DNA from: Bacteroidetes bacterium UBA6491
GTDB lineage: Bacteria; Bacteroidota; Bacteroidia; NS11-12g; UBA9320
Assembly: GCA_002436505.1 (NCBI GenBank)
Contig: DJML01000052.1
Location: 5,715-42,997, forward strand
Length of the DNA: 37,283 nt
Direction of reading: 5' to 3'
In this document: positions 35,396 through 37,283 of the stretch, in pieces
How the letters are laid out: every line of letters starts with the position of its first letter
How positions within the stretch are numbered: the first letter of the stretch is position 1
Made by a program: the position numbers and the translations under genes
The notes under the pieces: generated by a model
What the model saw: the letters and a program-made list of their open reading frames with translations, nothing else
What the model was told of the DNA's origin: nothing
Databases searched by the model: none

Positions 35396-36706
35396 ATGGG
35401 TTCATTCAAGATCAAAGGTGGTCATAGATTAAAAGGTGAGATCACTCCACAAGGCGCTAAAAATGAGGCGCTTCAAATTCTTGCCGGAGTACTTCTGACC
35501 AATGAGGATGTTGTTGTTGAGAATATACCTAACATCCTTGACGTTAATCGGATGATCCAATTACTTGGAGGCCTTGGCGTTTCTGTTAACCAGCTAAACG
35601 AAGACACCTATCGGTTCAATGCCACCAATGTAGATCTGGAATACCTCCACACCGAAGAGTTTAGGAAAAAAGGGGCCAGCCTGAGAGGATCTATTATGAT
35701 CGTCGGTCCATTAGTGGCAAGATTCGGCAAAGGGTATATCCCAAGCCCTGGAGGTGATAAAATAGGGCGTCGCAGACTGGATACTCATTTCCAGGGGCTC
35801 GAGGCACTAGGGGCTAAATTTGAATTTCTACGCGAAGAAAAGTTCTTTAAGGTCACTTCAAACAATGGACTTACAGGAACAAAGATGCTCCTCGATGAAG
35901 CATCTGTCACCGGAACCGCCAATATCGTTATGGCAGCCGTTCTTGCAAAAGGCAGAACGGAAATTTACAATGCTGCATGTGAACCATACATACAGCAATT
36001 ATGCAGGATGCTGAACAGTATGGGGGCAAATATTTCCGGAATAGGATCTAACCTTTTGATTATTGAAGGCGTGGAAAAACTCCATGGCACAACCCACCGC
36101 CTTCTCCCGGATATGATCGAGATCGGCAGTTTTATTGCACTTGCAGCAATCACTGCTTCAGAGATCACTATTAAGAATTGTAGCATCAGCGAACTGGGTA
36201 TTATACCCACCATCTTCAGACGTCTCGGAGTAAAATTCGAATTCAGAGGAGATGATATTTATATTCCTGTGAACGAACACTACGAAATTGAATCATTTAT
36301 TGATGGTTCGATGATGACCATCTCTGACGCACCATGGCCAGGGCTTACCCCAGACCTTTTGAGTGTGATCCTGGTAATGTGTACACAGGCCAAAGGCAAC
36401 GTTCTTATACACCAGAAAATGTTTGAAAGCAGGCTGTTCTTTGTTGACAACCTGATTGACATGGGTGCACAGATAATCCTTTGTGACCCGCACAGAGCTT
36501 CAGTTATGGGCCTTGACAGGAGAATTGCACTTCGTGGAACACGCATGTCATCTCCGGATATCAGAGCGGGGGTTGCGCTGTTAATTGCTGCACTTTCAGC
36601 AGATGGGACCAGCATTATCAACAATATAGAGCAGATCGACAGAGGATATCAGAACATTGAAGGACGTCTAAAAGCAATCGGAGCACACATCGAAAGAATT
36701 AACTGA
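35396..36706 (+). CDS. murA: UDP-N-acetylglucosamine 1-carboxyvinyltransferase (Asp-type active site)
   Basis: 436 aa. PQGAKNEAL (Lys22 equivalent), active-site loop SPGGDKIGRRRLDTH, and C-terminal IDRGYQNIEGRLKAIGA. Confidence 0.97.
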   Translation: MGSFKIKGGHRLKGEITPQGAKNEALQILAGVLLTNEDVVVENIPNILDVNRMIQLLGGLGVSVNQLNEDTYRFNATNVDLEYLHTEEFRKKGASLRGSIMIVGPLVARFGKGYIPSPGGDKIGRRRLDTHFQGLEALGAKFEFLREEKFFKVTSNNGLTGTKMLLDEASVTGTANIVMAAVLAKGRTEIYNAACEPYIQQLCRMLNSMGANISGIGSNLLIIEGVEKLHGTTHRLLPDMIEIGSFIALAAITASEITIKNCSISELGIIPTIFRRLGVKFEFRGDDIYIPVNEHYEIESFIDGSMMTISDAPWPGLTPDLLSVILVMCTQAKGNVLIHQKMFESRLFFVDNLIDMGAQIILCDPHRASVMGLDRRIALRGTRMSSPDIRAGVALLIAALSADGTSIINNIEQIDRGYQNIEGRLKAIGAHIERIN

Positions 36707-37233
36707 TGCGTCAGGGAAGGTGGTATATAATCTTCATTCTGCTGCTGACATCTTTTACAACAGACTATCCAAAAATGCCCGAAGTTGGCGAAACTGCACC
36801 TGACTTCTCGATAAGGTCGGTTTCCGGTGATACTTTGAAACTTTCTTCTTACCTGGGCAATTATATCTTCTTGGACTTCTGGGCCTCCTGGTGCGCTCCC
36901 TGCAGGGCCAAACATCAGAAGTTAAAAGTGGTATATGATTCTTTAAATGGAAAATTGATGAACGACAGTTCCCAATTCATTATAATAAGCCTCTCACTTG
37001 ACACTGACAGCCTGATGTGGGTAAACGGGATAAAACGGGAGAAACTGATATGGCCGGATCATGGATGCGATCTCCAACGATGGAAAAGCCCGGTAGTTAA
37101 GAAATTTGGTATCAGTTACCTGCCGTATAACTTCCTTATCGACCCTGAAGGCAAAATAATCGACAAAGGAATGTCAGCCGACGAAATTGAAAAAGGATGC
37201 CTTGCACTGCTTGAAATTACCGGGCCACGGTAA
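36706..37233 (+). CDS. TlpA-like thiol:disulfide oxidoreductase (redoxin family)
   Basis: 175 aa. N-terminal anchor/signal, APDFS...LDFWASWCAPC (CxxC), and YLPYNFLIDPEGKII. The start overlaps the murA stop (TGATG). Confidence 0.85.
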   Translation: MRQGRWYIIFILLLTSFTTDYPKMPEVGETAPDFSIRSVSGDTLKLSSYLGNYIFLDFWASWCAPCRAKHQKLKVVYDSLNGKLMNDSSQFIIISLSLDTDSLMWVNGIKREKLIWPDHGCDLQRWKSPVVKKFGISYLPYNFLIDPEGKIIDKGMSADEIEKGCLALLEITGPR

Positions 37234-37236
37234 ATG

Positions 37237-37283
37237 ATCATTAAATCATCCAATCATTAAATCATTCCATCATTCAATCATTC
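37237..37283. repeat. Tandem 8-bp repeat ATCATTMA, 5.9 copies, truncated by the window edge
   Basis: Read directly: ATCATTAA ATCATCCA ATCATTAA ATCATTCC ATCATTCA ATCATTC. It begins 4 nt after the TlpA-like stop codon. Confidence 0.9.

Overview
This window reads as core chromosome from a Bacteroidota genome of the gliding/T9SS type. By my count it is about 95% coding, with 35 protein genes on both strands. I saw no rRNA, tRNA, CRISPR array, transposase, integrase, phage gene or recognisable defence gene.

Gene content, in order:
- Minus strand: an F-type ATP synthase operon (atpA partial, atpH, atpF, atpE, atpB), preceded by AtpI-like, AtpZ, bactofilin and M23 peptidase genes.
- A PorW/SprE-like TPR protein, translationally coupled to PBP1A.
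- An LptD-like protein, an amidase and MlaD.
- pyrD, fumarylacetoacetase, an aldose-epimerase-family gene, nadE and an outer-membrane beta-barrel protein.
- GldB, a ComEA-like HhH protein and a stand-alone alpha-oxoamine synthase.
- bamD-rpoZ-coaBC-DUF4835.
- grpE-dnaJ.
- An MFS transporter, an ArnT-like GT-C glycosyltransferase and a fused ADP-forming acyl-CoA synthetase.
- DUF4290-murA-TlpA-like redoxin.

Lineage support: Bacteroidota-type -7 promoter boxes (TAnnTTTG) lie just upstream of many start codons.

I do not find a convincing novel multi-gene system here. The observations most worth a second look are:
- a bactofilin/M23 shape module chained into the ATP synthase operon;
- an ATP synthase a-subunit with a His/Glu-rich N-terminal extension;
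- a DnaJ with only one of the two canonical zinc centres;
- a MurA with Asp in place of the fosfomycin-target Cys;
- a PorW/SprE-like protein with no lipobox, a TTG start and an SPOR-like C-terminus, coupled to PBP1A;
- an 8-bp tandem repeat that runs off the 3' edge of the window.
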